A DNA stretch of 64,000 bases from a virus: positions 31,676 through 95,675 of IMG/VR virus record IMGVR_UViG_3300005095_000015; one strand, 5' to 3'. How positions within the stretch are numbered: the first letter of the stretch is position 1; every line of letters begins with the position of its first letter. This document shows, piece by piece, positions 55,676-64,000 of the stretch. The notes beneath the pieces were generated by a model. The model was not told where the DNA came from. It searched no databases and worked only from the letters and a program-made list of their open reading frames with translations. The translations under genes and the position numbers were made by a program.

Positions 55676-56635
55676 ATGGGGCAACATCCCTTCATATTAT
55701 ATTTTGCAAGTACATCACCTACGAAGAAAGAACTTGAGATGATAAAAGTGAAGAACCGACTATTCTCTTATTTCTATAAAGAAGGGATTCTATCTTGGGT
55801 TAAGTACTGTAGAGAGTGTTCATTTGAAGGTGGAAAGGTGGTTCTTGATTCTGGTGCTTTTTCTGCATGGAGTAGAGGAGAGGAGATTGACCTTGATAAG
55901 TACATTGAGTTTGCCCATCAGATGAGAAAGGAGTTTAGGAAGCTTGGAATGGAGCTTTTCATTGTCAATCTTGATGTGATTCCAGGAAAGAAAGGAGAGA
56001 CAAGTTCATTGAATAGGGGATTTAATCAGGAGATAATTGATCAGGCAGCGGCTAAGGGGTTTCAGAATATGCTTAGGATGATTGAGAATGGAATTAAGCC
56101 AATTCATGTCTTCCATCAAGGTGAGAGTTTCAAGTGGTTGGATAAGATGGTTGAACATGTAGACTATATAGGGATTTCGCCCGCAAATGATCTACCTACT
56201 ATACAGAAAAGGCGCTGGATAGATTCAGTGTTTGATTATTTAGTGAAGAATGGGATCAAAGTTAGGACGCATGGGTTTGCTGTCACATCACCGAGTATGA
56301 TGCGTGATTATCCTTGGACAAGTTGTGATTCCTCCACCTGGAGAGTGCTTGCAGGCATGGGCGGAATTTACTATCCGGTTGGTGGTTTCAAGAACGCTGA
56401 TTATTCAAAACAGCCTCTAATGATTCATATGGGTCGTAAAAGGGATTTGTCTCCTGGTGAGGAGAAAAGGTTGAAGGCAATGCTTGAAGCTGATGGTTAT
56501 CAATGGGAGAAAGTTATTGAAGATGCTAATGTGAGGGCGGCCATAAACGCTCGGTATTTTTTAGGTCTTGAGGAGTATATCAATAAGCAAAGGAAGAAGT
56601 CAGCTTTTAAAGTAAGAAAAGGATTCTTCAAATAA
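55676..56635 (+). CDS. dpdA: DNA 7-deazaguanine transglycosylase (DpdA / TGT-like)
   Basis: LDSGAFS, NLDVI, HVFHQGE, HGFA, SCDSSTW; located in the que cluster. Confidence 0.85.
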   Translation: MGQHPFILYFASTSPTKKELEMIKVKNRLFSYFYKEGILSWVKYCRECSFEGGKVVLDSGAFSAWSRGEEIDLDKYIEFAHQMRKEFRKLGMELFIVNLDVIPGKKGETSSLNRGFNQEIIDQAAAKGFQNMLRMIENGIKPIHVFHQGESFKWLDKMVEHVDYIGISPANDLPTIQKRRWIDSVFDYLVKNGIKVRTHGFAVTSPSMMRDYPWTSCDSSTWRVLAGMGGIYYPVGGFKNADYSKQPLMIHMGRKRDLSPGEEKRLKAMLEADGYQWEKVIEDANVRAAINARYFLGLEEYINKQRKKSAFKVRKGFFK

Positions 56636-56656
56636 ACTCTACTGGGAGGAGACAAA

Positions 56657-57682
56657 GTGAAGTATAGAAAAGATAAACTAGCAGGTCTGCTAAAACTTTT
56701 ACGACGCCTTGTGGATAAAAGTAATGTTTTAGGAGAGACAATCTGTTTTCTTCCCGGAAAGCTTGTCGGATATGATGGAATGGTTTCTATGCAGATTCCT
56801 TTTGATACTGATCTTTCTTGTGGAATAGAACCAGATAAGTTACTTTCTGTGTTGAATGGGGTGAAGGATAGTGAGGTAGATTTATCACTTAGAGATGGTG
56901 TGCTTAAACTCTCCTCCGCAGATACCAAGGCTGAACTTAAGGTTAATACTGATATTGAGATGTTTGAGGTGTTTGATACTTCAAGCATAAAATTCAAACC
57001 TCTACCAAGGGATTTGCCTGATGCTATGTATTTGGTTTCATTTTCAACCTCAAGAGATATCACAAACAAAGTATTTTCTTGTGTTTATGTAGATGGGGAT
57101 ATGCTCTTTGCTACTGATAATTTTAGAGTTAGTAAATATACCTTAGCGGAACCAGTTGATGCCTCTTTTTTAATTCCTGCTCCTTCTATAGTTAAACTAA
57201 TATCTTTCTCTAAAGAGTTTCCATTAAAAGGATTTACTTGGGATGGTGCTTGGATTCATTTTACAGGTAAAGGAGGAGCGATGTTTAGTTGTCGTCTGTT
57301 TTTAGATGAGGAGTTCCCTAAGAGAGATGCGATTTTGCCTCTTTTTGAGATTGAAGGAAAAGAATTTTGTTTTCCTCCAGAAGTTAAGGAAGCAGTAGAG
57401 GTGGTATCTTTTCTTGTTAAAGATCAGTTTGAGCTTGACAGAATCGTTTCTATTACAATAAGAAAGGATAAGGTTATATGTCGGGCGGAGAGAGAAGGAG
57501 AATGGGTTGAGAAGATAGTCCCATTTCAAGGAAATGAAGAGTTTCAATTTTTGTGTAATCCAACTTTTATGATAGAGGCACTTGGGAGGGCTTTTGAAGT
57601 GGTTGTAGGTGAAAGGAGTATTTTGTTTAGATCTCAGTCTGGCAGTTTTGAGCATCTTGTGGCGCTTTGTATAGAAGAGTAG
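56657..57682 (+). CDS. dnaN: DNA sliding clamp (Pol III beta-like)
   Basis: ATDNFRV, FSCRL..EEFP, NPTFMIEAL; three-domain length. Confidence 0.8.
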   Translation: MKYRKDKLAGLLKLLRRLVDKSNVLGETICFLPGKLVGYDGMVSMQIPFDTDLSCGIEPDKLLSVLNGVKDSEVDLSLRDGVLKLSSADTKAELKVNTDIEMFEVFDTSSIKFKPLPRDLPDAMYLVSFSTSRDITNKVFSCVYVDGDMLFATDNFRVSKYTLAEPVDASFLIPAPSIVKLISFSKEFPLKGFTWDGAWIHFTGKGGAMFSCRLFLDEEFPKRDAILPLFEIEGKEFCFPPEVKEAVEVVSFLVKDQFELDRIVSITIRKDKVICRAEREGEWVEKIVPFQGNEEFQFLCNPTFMIEALGRAFEVVVGERSILFRSQSGSFEHLVALCIEE

Positions 57683-57692
57683 GGAGGATGGA

Positions 57693-60440
57693 ATGAGATT
57701 AAAGGGATTTTTTATTAAAGAGGAGAAACTTTCTAAGACTAAAAAACCTACTCTTACCACCCGAAGAACCATCTCTTCTAAAACGAGAAAACAGAGAGTT
57801 ACTCATATTGCTGATCCATGTGAGGTTTGTGGTCTTTATAAAAACTGTCTCTCTCCTAAGATGAACTACACCGGAAAAGGTGGACTTGGTGTATTGATTG
57901 TTGCTGAAGCTCCTGGAGAAGAGGAGGATAAGAAAGGCATGCAGCTCATCGGTCCAGCGGGTCAGGTGTTAAGAGAGAAACTTGCTAAGTTTGGGCTTGA
58001 TTTAGATAGAGACTTTTGGAAGATAAACGCTGTAAATTGCCATCCTCCAGGCAATGCAAAGCCTACCAGGAAGCAGTTGGAATGCTGTCGCCCAATGGTT
58101 GAGAAAGCTATACAGGAACTTAAGCCAAAGTTCATTTGGCTGCTTGGCGGTAAAGCTATTGAAAGTTTCTATATGGGCAGGTTCCGTGATCATTCTGTTA
58201 CTCGTTGGCGTAGACTTTGTATTCCTGATAGAAGGTATAATGCTTGGATAATTCCTCTCTTCCATCCTTCTTACCTTCTTCATAGTCGGGGAAATGATCT
58301 TGTTGAATCTCTTTATGAGAAGGATCTTAGATGGGCAATTAGTTGTTTACGGCGAGGAGAACCTGAGTTTGTAGATCCTGAGGATTATGTAGAGATCTTG
58401 ATTGAGTTTGATAAGGTAGCGGAGGTACTTGAAGAGGTTTTAAGGAGAAAACCTGTTCTGGCGTTTGACTACGAGACAACAGGATTGAAACCTTATAGAG
58501 AAGGCCATAAAATCTTGTCAGTGTCTCTTTGTTTTGATAAAGAGATTGCTTATGCTTTCCCTTTGTATTATCGTAACCATTGGGATCAGAAGCAACTAAA
58601 GGTTATTGTTGATTTATGGAAAAGAGTTCTTAGAGAGGTTCCACTTGTTGCTCATAATTTGAAGTTTGAGGATCGTTGGAGTAGAGTAATTCTTGGTATA
58701 GAGCCAAAGAATTGGATTTGGGATACTATGGTCACTGCCCATGTGCTTGATAGCCGTCCTGGGTTCACTTCACTTAAGTTTCAAGCTTATCTGCATTGGG
58801 GGATTTTAGGGTATGATGACGAGATAAAGTCCTACATAAGAAGCAAAGATGCTCATTCATTCAATAAGATGGAGCAGGCCCCGCTTGACAAATTGCTCTT
58901 CTACAACGCAATTGACTCTTTAGTGACTTATTGGTTGTATGAGAAACAGAAAAAGGAGCTTAGGGGAGACTTAAAGCGAGCCAATGCTTTCTTTCTCAAA
59001 GGGCTTAAAGCATTAGCTGATGCCGAGAATCACGGAATCAGGATGGATGAAGAGCACTACGAACAGCAATATGTTGAACTTACAAGGGAGATCAAGGAGC
59101 TTGAACAAGAGCTTTTGAATTCTGAAGAGGCTTTGCTGTTTAGAAAGAAGACAGGTAGGGCAATAAAGCTAACCTCTTCTACTGATCTTAGGATTCTCTT
59201 CTATGATATTCTAAAGATTCCTCCTATTAAGTACACTGAGAAGGGAGAGCCTTCGGTAGATAAGGAGGTTCTGGCTAATTTAGAGAATGAGTTTGCGAAA
59301 AAGCTTGCAAGGTTAAGGAAGTTGTTGAAAGTCAGAGATACTTACTTGGCTCAGTTTAGACGCGAGATTGTAAATGGCAAAATGTATCCGGTGTTTAACC
59401 TGCATATAGCCAGAACTTATCGTTCGAGTTCTGAGACGCCTAACTTTCAGAACATACCTGCAAGGGATGAGGATGCCAAAAGAGTTACTCGAGGAGGAAT
59501 TATTCCCTCTCCCGGGTTTAGAATATGTGAAGTTGACTATAGTGCAATTGAGGTTAGGATCATTGCCTGCTACACAAAAGATCCAGTTTTGATTTCTTAC
59601 ATACATGATCCGTCTTCAGATATGCATCGAGATCAAGCAAAAGAGATATTCATTCTTACCGATGAACAGGTTACAAAAGAGCTTCGTTCTTATGCTAAGA
59701 ATAAATTTGTCTTTCCAGAGTTCTACGGTTCTTACTATAAGAGCTGTGCAAGGGATCTTTGGGAGTTTGTGGTAGATGCGGGGCTATTGACGGCAGAAGG
59801 TATCACTGTGAAAGAGCACCTTGCCCGCTATGGAATAAAGACTTATGAGCGGTTTGAAAGGCATATTCAAGAGGTAGAAGCTAAGTTTTGGGACAGATTT
59901 AGAGTAGTAAGGGAATGGCAAGAAGAAATGATAGAGTTTTACAAGCGTCGCGGGTATGTCAGTACATACTTTGGGTTCCGCAGAACAGATCCTCTGGATA
60001 GAAACCGTATCATTAACTCTCCTATTCAGGGCACAGCGTTTCATTGTTTGCTTTGGTCCTTTATTAGGTTGAATGAGATCAGGAAAGAGGAAGGCTGGAG
60101 GACAGCTTTGATAGGTCAGATTCATGACTCTATTGTGTCTGACTTAGATCTGGATGAAACAGATCATGTGCTTACAACTTATCGAAGGGTTATGTGCGAG
60201 GATATCAGGAAAGAATTTGATTGGATCATTGTTCCGCTCGAGATAGAGATTGAAATGTCCCCTATTGATAAGAGTTGGTATGATAAGAAAGAAACTACAA
60301 AGGATAAGGTTGAATTTCCTGACGGCGAGGTTAGAGAAGAATGGATTATGCTTTTGGATAAAGAGAACGGCGTTCTTGCTACTAAGGATGAGCCTGAGGT
60401 AGTGAAGGAAGGAGATGTTTGGAAAGTTGTTCCTTTTTAA
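57693..60440 (+). CDS. polA: Family A DNA polymerase with N-terminal family-4 UDG-like domain and 3'-5' exonuclease
   Basis: CEVC/AEAPG/HPS; DYETTG; motifs DYSAIEVR, R..AK..YG, HDS. Confidence 0.95.
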   Translation: MRLKGFFIKEEKLSKTKKPTLTTRRTISSKTRKQRVTHIADPCEVCGLYKNCLSPKMNYTGKGGLGVLIVAEAPGEEEDKKGMQLIGPAGQVLREKLAKFGLDLDRDFWKINAVNCHPPGNAKPTRKQLECCRPMVEKAIQELKPKFIWLLGGKAIESFYMGRFRDHSVTRWRRLCIPDRRYNAWIIPLFHPSYLLHSRGNDLVESLYEKDLRWAISCLRRGEPEFVDPEDYVEILIEFDKVAEVLEEVLRRKPVLAFDYETTGLKPYREGHKILSVSLCFDKEIAYAFPLYYRNHWDQKQLKVIVDLWKRVLREVPLVAHNLKFEDRWSRVILGIEPKNWIWDTMVTAHVLDSRPGFTSLKFQAYLHWGILGYDDEIKSYIRSKDAHSFNKMEQAPLDKLLFYNAIDSLVTYWLYEKQKKELRGDLKRANAFFLKGLKALADAENHGIRMDEEHYEQQYVELTREIKELEQELLNSEEALLFRKKTGRAIKLTSSTDLRILFYDILKIPPIKYTEKGEPSVDKEVLANLENEFAKKLARLRKLLKVRDTYLAQFRREIVNGKMYPVFNLHIARTYRSSSETPNFQNIPARDEDAKRVTRGGIIPSPGFRICEVDYSAIEVRIIACYTKDPVLISYIHDPSSDMHRDQAKEIFILTDEQVTKELRSYAKNKFVFPEFYGSYYKSCARDLWEFVVDAGLLTAEGITVKEHLARYGIKTYERFERHIQEVEAKFWDRFRVVREWQEEMIEFYKRRGYVSTYFGFRRTDPLDRNRIINSPIQGTAFHCLLWSFIRLNEIRKEEGWRTALIGQIHDSIVSDLDLDETDHVLTTYRRVMCEDIRKEFDWIIVPLEIEIEMSPIDKSWYDKKETTKDKVEFPDGEVREEWIMLLDKENGVLATKDEPEVVKEGDVWKVVPF

Positions 60441-60471
60441 TGTTTCATCTCTAAACTCAAAAGGTTATAAT
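60441..60471 (+). promoter_or_regulatory. Conserved 31-bp phage promoter, variant copy
   Basis: TGTTTCATCTCTAAACTCAAAAGGTTATAAT. Confidence 0.85.
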
Positions 60472-60493
60472 CCTTAATGAAGGGAGGAAGTGG

Positions 60494-60688
60494 ATGAAAG
60501 CTAAGGATGTTTTTGTAAGGTATATTAAACAGTTTAAGGAGGACGAAGTAGCTATAATCGATGACTTCAAAGTTTTAACCATTATCAAGAATATAGCTGA
60601 GTATTGTCTTACAAATGTGGACATCGCAAGAAAGCTTACCAATTTTCTGCAAGACTTAATGATTGAACTTGGGGAGAAGGAGGTTTGA
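60494..60688 (+). CDS. Hypothetical protein
   Basis: GGAGG RBS downstream of the promoter. Confidence 0.65.
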   Translation: MKAKDVFVRYIKQFKEDEVAIIDDFKVLTIIKNIAEYCLTNVDIARKLTNFLQDLMIELGEKEV

Positions 60689-60689
60689 T

Positions 60690-61151
60690 ATGAGTAATGG
60701 TTTCGAATGTAAGGCTAAGACTGAAGTAGAGATGGTAGAGGAGAAAGTCCCTTGGCTTGACACCGAAGAGCAGCTTTTGTCTTATATCAGAAGCCTGATT
60801 GATAGGAGTCACGACTACGGTACTGCAGCGAGAGCGGCAGGTATGGCAGCAACAGCGGCTTTCTATTATGTTTCTAAGGAGCTCGGTCTTACTGCCTTTC
60901 AAGCTTCCTGTGCTGCCTTAGATTTCATCCGTAGGGTGTTTGGATTCGAGCACGGCTTTCGTATTCTTGACTATGGCAATTCGCTTTATCCGCAATATTG
61001 CAATTCTGAGGAGTTTCCTTCTTGGCGGGAGTTGATCGAGCAGAATAAATCTTGGTTGGCTAAGGAAGCTAAGAAGATGTTGGAGGAGAGCCCAGATGCT
61101 GCGCCAGAGGTAAGAGAACATTGGGAATGGTTGGCCAGTTTGGACTCTTAG
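60690..61151 (+). CDS. Hypothetical phage protein
   Basis: AAGGAGG before ATG 60690; HDYGT..., LTAFQA. Confidence 0.7.
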   Translation: MSNGFECKAKTEVEMVEEKVPWLDTEEQLLSYIRSLIDRSHDYGTAARAAGMAATAAFYYVSKELGLTAFQASCAALDFIRRVFGFEHGFRILDYGNSLYPQYCNSEEFPSWRELIEQNKSWLAKEAKKMLEESPDAAPEVREHWEWLASLDS

Positions 61152-61155
61152 GGGT

Positions 61156-61461
61156 TTGGGTATGGTTGAGATTGAAATCCTTAAGGAACTGATTGGTCTT
61201 TTAGATGAGAAACAGAAGAAGGAGGTATCATCGACTCTTTGTGAGGAGTTGAAGAAAGCAATTAAGTTGTTTGATTGGAATCAGATACTTGGGGAGGTTT
61301 TCCGTCCAGACACTATATGGGATAACATCATTGAACCGGAATTTCAAGAGCTTGACAGGGAGGGCGGCATGTTGGATTCTGAATGGGTAAAGAGCTTGTT
61401 TCGCAGAGCTCTTCTCTTAGGTTTAGCTGAAGCAGTTGAAGAGGAGTTAGAGGAAGAGTGA
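61156..61461 (+). CDS. Hypothetical acidic protein
   Basis: Intact ORF; start uncertain. Confidence 0.55.
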   Translation: MGMVEIEILKELIGLLDEKQKKEVSSTLCEELKKAIKLFDWNQILGEVFRPDTIWDNIIEPEFQELDREGGMLDSEWVKSLFRRALLLGLAEAVEEELEEE

Positions 61462-61503
61462 GATGAGTCTGATCATTCGTTGTATTACTAGAGGAGGGCT
61501 ATT

Positions 61504-61767
61504 ATGGCCAAGAGATTCATTTTGTATAGTGAGGGCTTAGGAGTGTTTCTCGGGACTTGCTTTGGCTTGTGTTTCTGGAGCAAAGTTGATCCTGTAGGAC
61601 AGCCAGCTGCTATTACCTTTGCTTCTAAAGCTGAAGTGCTGGAGGTAGTTAAAGCGATGCATAATCTGCCGGATGATTGGAGAATTGTTGAGGTGGAGGT
61701 AAGTGAGCCACCTTATGCTACGGTGAAGGAATGTGTTGACGCAGGGTTACCTGCTTGGAGCGTATAA
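61504..61767 (+). CDS. Hypothetical phage protein
   Basis: GAGGAGG RBS. Confidence 0.65.
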   Translation: MAKRFILYSEGLGVFLGTCFGLCFWSKVDPVGQPAAITFASKAEVLEVVKAMHNLPDDWRIVEVEVSEPPYATVKECVDAGLPAWSV

Positions 61768-61785
61768 GCAAGGGAGGCGAGTACG

Positions 61786-62058
61786 ATGTTTATTAAGTAT
61801 GGATTTGAGCTGTTTAGCATTGTTAAGATTTACTACGATTGGACAGAGGAGTGTTTAGTGTTTGAGAGTATAGGGATTAAGTTTAAGCTTAAGAGTAAGC
61901 CTAAATGGTCAACTGTGGTGGATGAGATTATTCATCCTATCTGCAACTGTTTTAGGGTAGTGGACTTAGTAGAACTTGAGTCTATGGTTTCAGGTTGTAT
62001 GGGGATGCAAGGTTGGAAGGTAGAGGTAAAGGGGGGAATAAAAAATGCAGGAAACTAA
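61786..62058 (+). CDS. Hypothetical protein
   Basis: GGGAGG RBS. Confidence 0.6.
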   Translation: MFIKYGFELFSIVKIYYDWTEECLVFESIGIKFKLKSKPKWSTVVDEIIHPICNCFRVVDLVELESMVSGCMGMQGWKVEVKGGIKNAGN

Positions 62059-62737
62059 GTTTTTCAACCTTGGAGATGAACACCCAAACAGGGTAGTGGA
62101 GCCTATTAGGGATCTTCTCTTAGATGTAGCCAAGAAGTTTAATTTGCAAAGATTGTTTATAGCAGGCTCATCTGCTTTACCGTCTGTTCCTTACAGAGAT
62201 ATTGATGTTTTCTTTGATCGTAGGGCCAGTTTTGATCATAAGGCAGATTTATCGGATTGGAAAGATTTCATTATCTACACCACAAGGAATGCAGTGTCTT
62301 TACGCTTTAATGGTAAGGTAGTTCAGCTTTGCAAGTACTATAAGTCATCTTTAGAGGAGTTATTGCTGTCTTTTGACTTTGCTCACATCCAGGCAGGATT
62401 TGAGGTTAAGTTTGATAAAGGGGTTATTACCGCGGGCGATCTACTGGTAACTTACGATTGTATGTTAGCTCATTTTAAAAAGACTACTTGGTATACAGGC
62501 TCGGAGTATCCGTTGTCTTCTTTGTTGCGGTTGTTTAAGTATGCAAAGAGGTTGAACCTACCAAGTAAAGTGATAAGGCTTGAGGCAATTAAGATAGTTA
62601 CAGATATTATGACAAGGGGATTCTATAGTTACGAGGACTTAAAGGATCAACTTGATGCAGTCGACTTGCTTTTGAAAAACTTACCGCAGGAAGTTATGGA
62701 TAAATTAATCAGTTGCCTAAAGGAAAAGGAGGAGTAA
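62045..62737 (+). CDS. Pol-beta superfamily nucleotidyltransferase
   Basis: FIAGSS...DIDVFF, FDF, R.FKY..R. Confidence 0.7.
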   Translation: MQETKFFNLGDEHPNRVVEPIRDLLLDVAKKFNLQRLFIAGSSALPSVPYRDIDVFFDRRASFDHKADLSDWKDFIIYTTRNAVSLRFNGKVVQLCKYYKSSLEELLLSFDFAHIQAGFEVKFDKGVITAGDLLVTYDCMLAHFKKTTWYTGSEYPLSSLLRLFKYAKRLNLPSKVIRLEAIKIVTDIMTRGFYSYEDLKDQLDAVDLLLKNLPQEVMDKLISCLKEKEE

Positions 62738-62738
62738 T

Positions 62739-63674
62739 ATGAGTGAACCTTTGCATCTTAAGTACAGACCTAAGACCTTGGACGAAGTTGTGGGCAATGA
62801 GTCAGTTGTGGAAGCCTTGAGAAACATCTTATCTCGCGAAGAAGGCATACCGCATGCTTTCCTATTTCAAGGACCCTCAGGAACGGGTAAGACGACACTT
62901 GCTCGTATTGTAGCAAGGGAGCTTGGATGTGATGATAGAGAGTACTACGAGTACAATATTGCTGATTTGAGAGGGATTGATACTATAAGAGAGATTATTA
63001 AACACTGCAAGTTTGCCCCTATTAGGGGAAAGTGTAAAGTGTATGTACTTGATGAGGCACATCAGCTTACAAAGGATTCAATGAATGCTTTGTTGAAAAT
63101 TCTTGAGGACACACCAAAACATGTTTACTTTATTCTTTGTACCACTGATCCCGAGAAGTTACTCAAAACTATTAGAACCAGATGTACAACTTTTTCTACT
63201 TCTTTATTACCTATCCCCAAGCTCATCTCTCTTCTGAAAAGGGTCTGCAAGAGCGAAGGAGTTGAGCTTTCTCCTAAAGTTTTAAGGGAGATTGTCAAGG
63301 CTTCTGGTGGTTCTCCGAGGAAAGCCCTTGTTATTCTTGACACTGTTATAGACATGGAAGACGAAGAAGAGATTCTTGCCGCTGTTGAAGAGTTTGTGCC
63401 TGATGAGGTTCAAGCGGTGGAGATATGCAGGAAGCTACTTGATTGGAAGTTGTCCCCTGCGGTTAAGTGGAAAGAGATTAGCAAAATATTGAAAGGATTG
63501 GACAATGACCCAGAGCAAATTCGTTATATGATTCTCAACTACATGGCAAAGGTGTTGATTGACAGACCAGATGATAGAATAGCCGAGATTATGTCTTTGT
63601 TCCAAGATTCTTTTATGTACACTGGAAAAGCAGGGCTTGTGTATAATCTGTATTTAGCTTGCAAAATTAGATAA
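62739..63674 (+). CDS. dnaX: Clamp loader, DNA Pol III gamma/tau-like
   Basis: KYRP...VVG, GPSGTGKT, DEAH, NALLKILE, TRC. Confidence 0.92.
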   Translation: MSEPLHLKYRPKTLDEVVGNESVVEALRNILSREEGIPHAFLFQGPSGTGKTTLARIVARELGCDDREYYEYNIADLRGIDTIREIIKHCKFAPIRGKCKVYVLDEAHQLTKDSMNALLKILEDTPKHVYFILCTTDPEKLLKTIRTRCTTFSTSLLPIPKLISLLKRVCKSEGVELSPKVLREIVKASGGSPRKALVILDTVIDMEDEEEILAAVEEFVPDEVQAVEICRKLLDWKLSPAVKWKEISKILKGLDNDPEQIRYMILNYMAKVLIDRPDDRIAEIMSLFQDSFMYTGKAGLVYNLYLACKIR

Positions 63675-63679
63675 ACTTT

Positions 63680-63710
63680 TGTTTCATCTCTAAAGTGCAA
63701 AGGTTATAAT
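63680..63710 (+). promoter_or_regulatory. Conserved 31-bp phage promoter, copy identical to copy 1
   Basis: TGTTTCATCTCTAAAGTGCAAAGGTTATAAT. Confidence 0.85.
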
Positions 63711-63743
63711 TATAAGTGAAAGGGAAAATAAGAGGAGGCAGAG

Positions 63744-64000
63744 ATGAGCGGGCAAAGCATTAAGGAGCAACTAAAGATCGACAAGTATGATTTAGATAGG
63801 GAATGGGAGCTTCAGCCACAGCTCTATCTTGATTGGGCTGACAAGTGTGCTAAGGCTATAGAAGAAAAGGATAGAGCAGAGTTTAGGCTTAAGGTTATAG
63901 AAGCAGAGCTCTTTGAGAAGATCAAGAAGAACTGGAAAGAGTTTGGTTTAGATAAAAGCCCATCGGATACAATGGCAAAGCAGCTTGTGCTATTGCAGCC
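63744..64000 (+). CDS. UvsY-like helical protein, 3'-truncated
   Basis: GAGGAGG RBS; LKID..DLD.EW..QP.LY..WA pattern. Confidence 0.5.
   Translation, partial: MSGQSIKEQLKIDKYDLDREWELQPQLYLDWADKCAKAIEEKDRAEFRLKVIEAELFEKIKKNWKEFGLDKSPSDTMAKQLVLLQ

Noticed and set aside
55676-56635. The TGT-like gene as a tRNA queuosine enzyme
   Set aside because: It lacks the TGT zinc-binding motif, queA and queG are absent, it lies next to replication genes, and the only tRNA (Thr-TGT) is not a queuosine substrate
732-63355. Minus-strand ORFs in the track (e.g. 8372..9205, 38665..39195, 56500..57069)
   Set aside because: They are antisense shadows of well-supported + strand genes, with no RBS or recognisable motifs
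45755-63710. The 31-bp repeats as a CRISPR array
   Set aside because: Copies are kilobases apart, have promoter architecture, and no cas genes are present

Overview
This is a 64-kb segment of a large tailed bacteriophage with a contractile tail and T4-like head and tail genes. Every credible gene lies on the + strand; the minus-strand ORFs are shadow ORFs. Layout: 1-19.7 kb head, neck, tail and baseplate genes, with a tRNA-Thr between the sheath and tube genes; 19.7-29.5 kb three tailspike-like genes enclosing a cysteine-protease/sulfotransferase/glycosyltransferase cassette; 29.5-34.2 kb lysis and accessory virion genes; 34.2-38.1 kb ATP-grasp, phosphoesterase and small proteins; 38.3-41 kb a GC-richer MoxR AAA+/VWA pair; 42.8-51 kb SF2 helicase, primase, initiator-like protein and DnaB-like helicase; 51-56.6 kb a complete 7-deazaguanine DNA-modification cluster (queD, queE, queC, folE, GNAT, queF, dpdA); 56.7-64 kb beta clamp, UDG-fused PolA, nucleotidyltransferase and DnaX. 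The amidase, the lipoprotein spanin and K/E-rich proteins suggest a diderm, probably thermophilic, bacterial host (inference). Leading candidates for novelty: (1) a preQ1 DNA-modification pathway with an embedded acetyltransferase, predicting an N-acetyl-preQ1 base, whose enzymes carry terminal GFF/xLF motifs shared with the polymerase; (2) a shared N-terminal MSKAKELLE leader on seven unrelated proteins, probably a capsid-targeting signal; (3) a virion glycosylation/sulfation cassette together with a mobile TAGT-containing module inserted into five structural proteins. All annotation is by motif recognition; no database searches were run.
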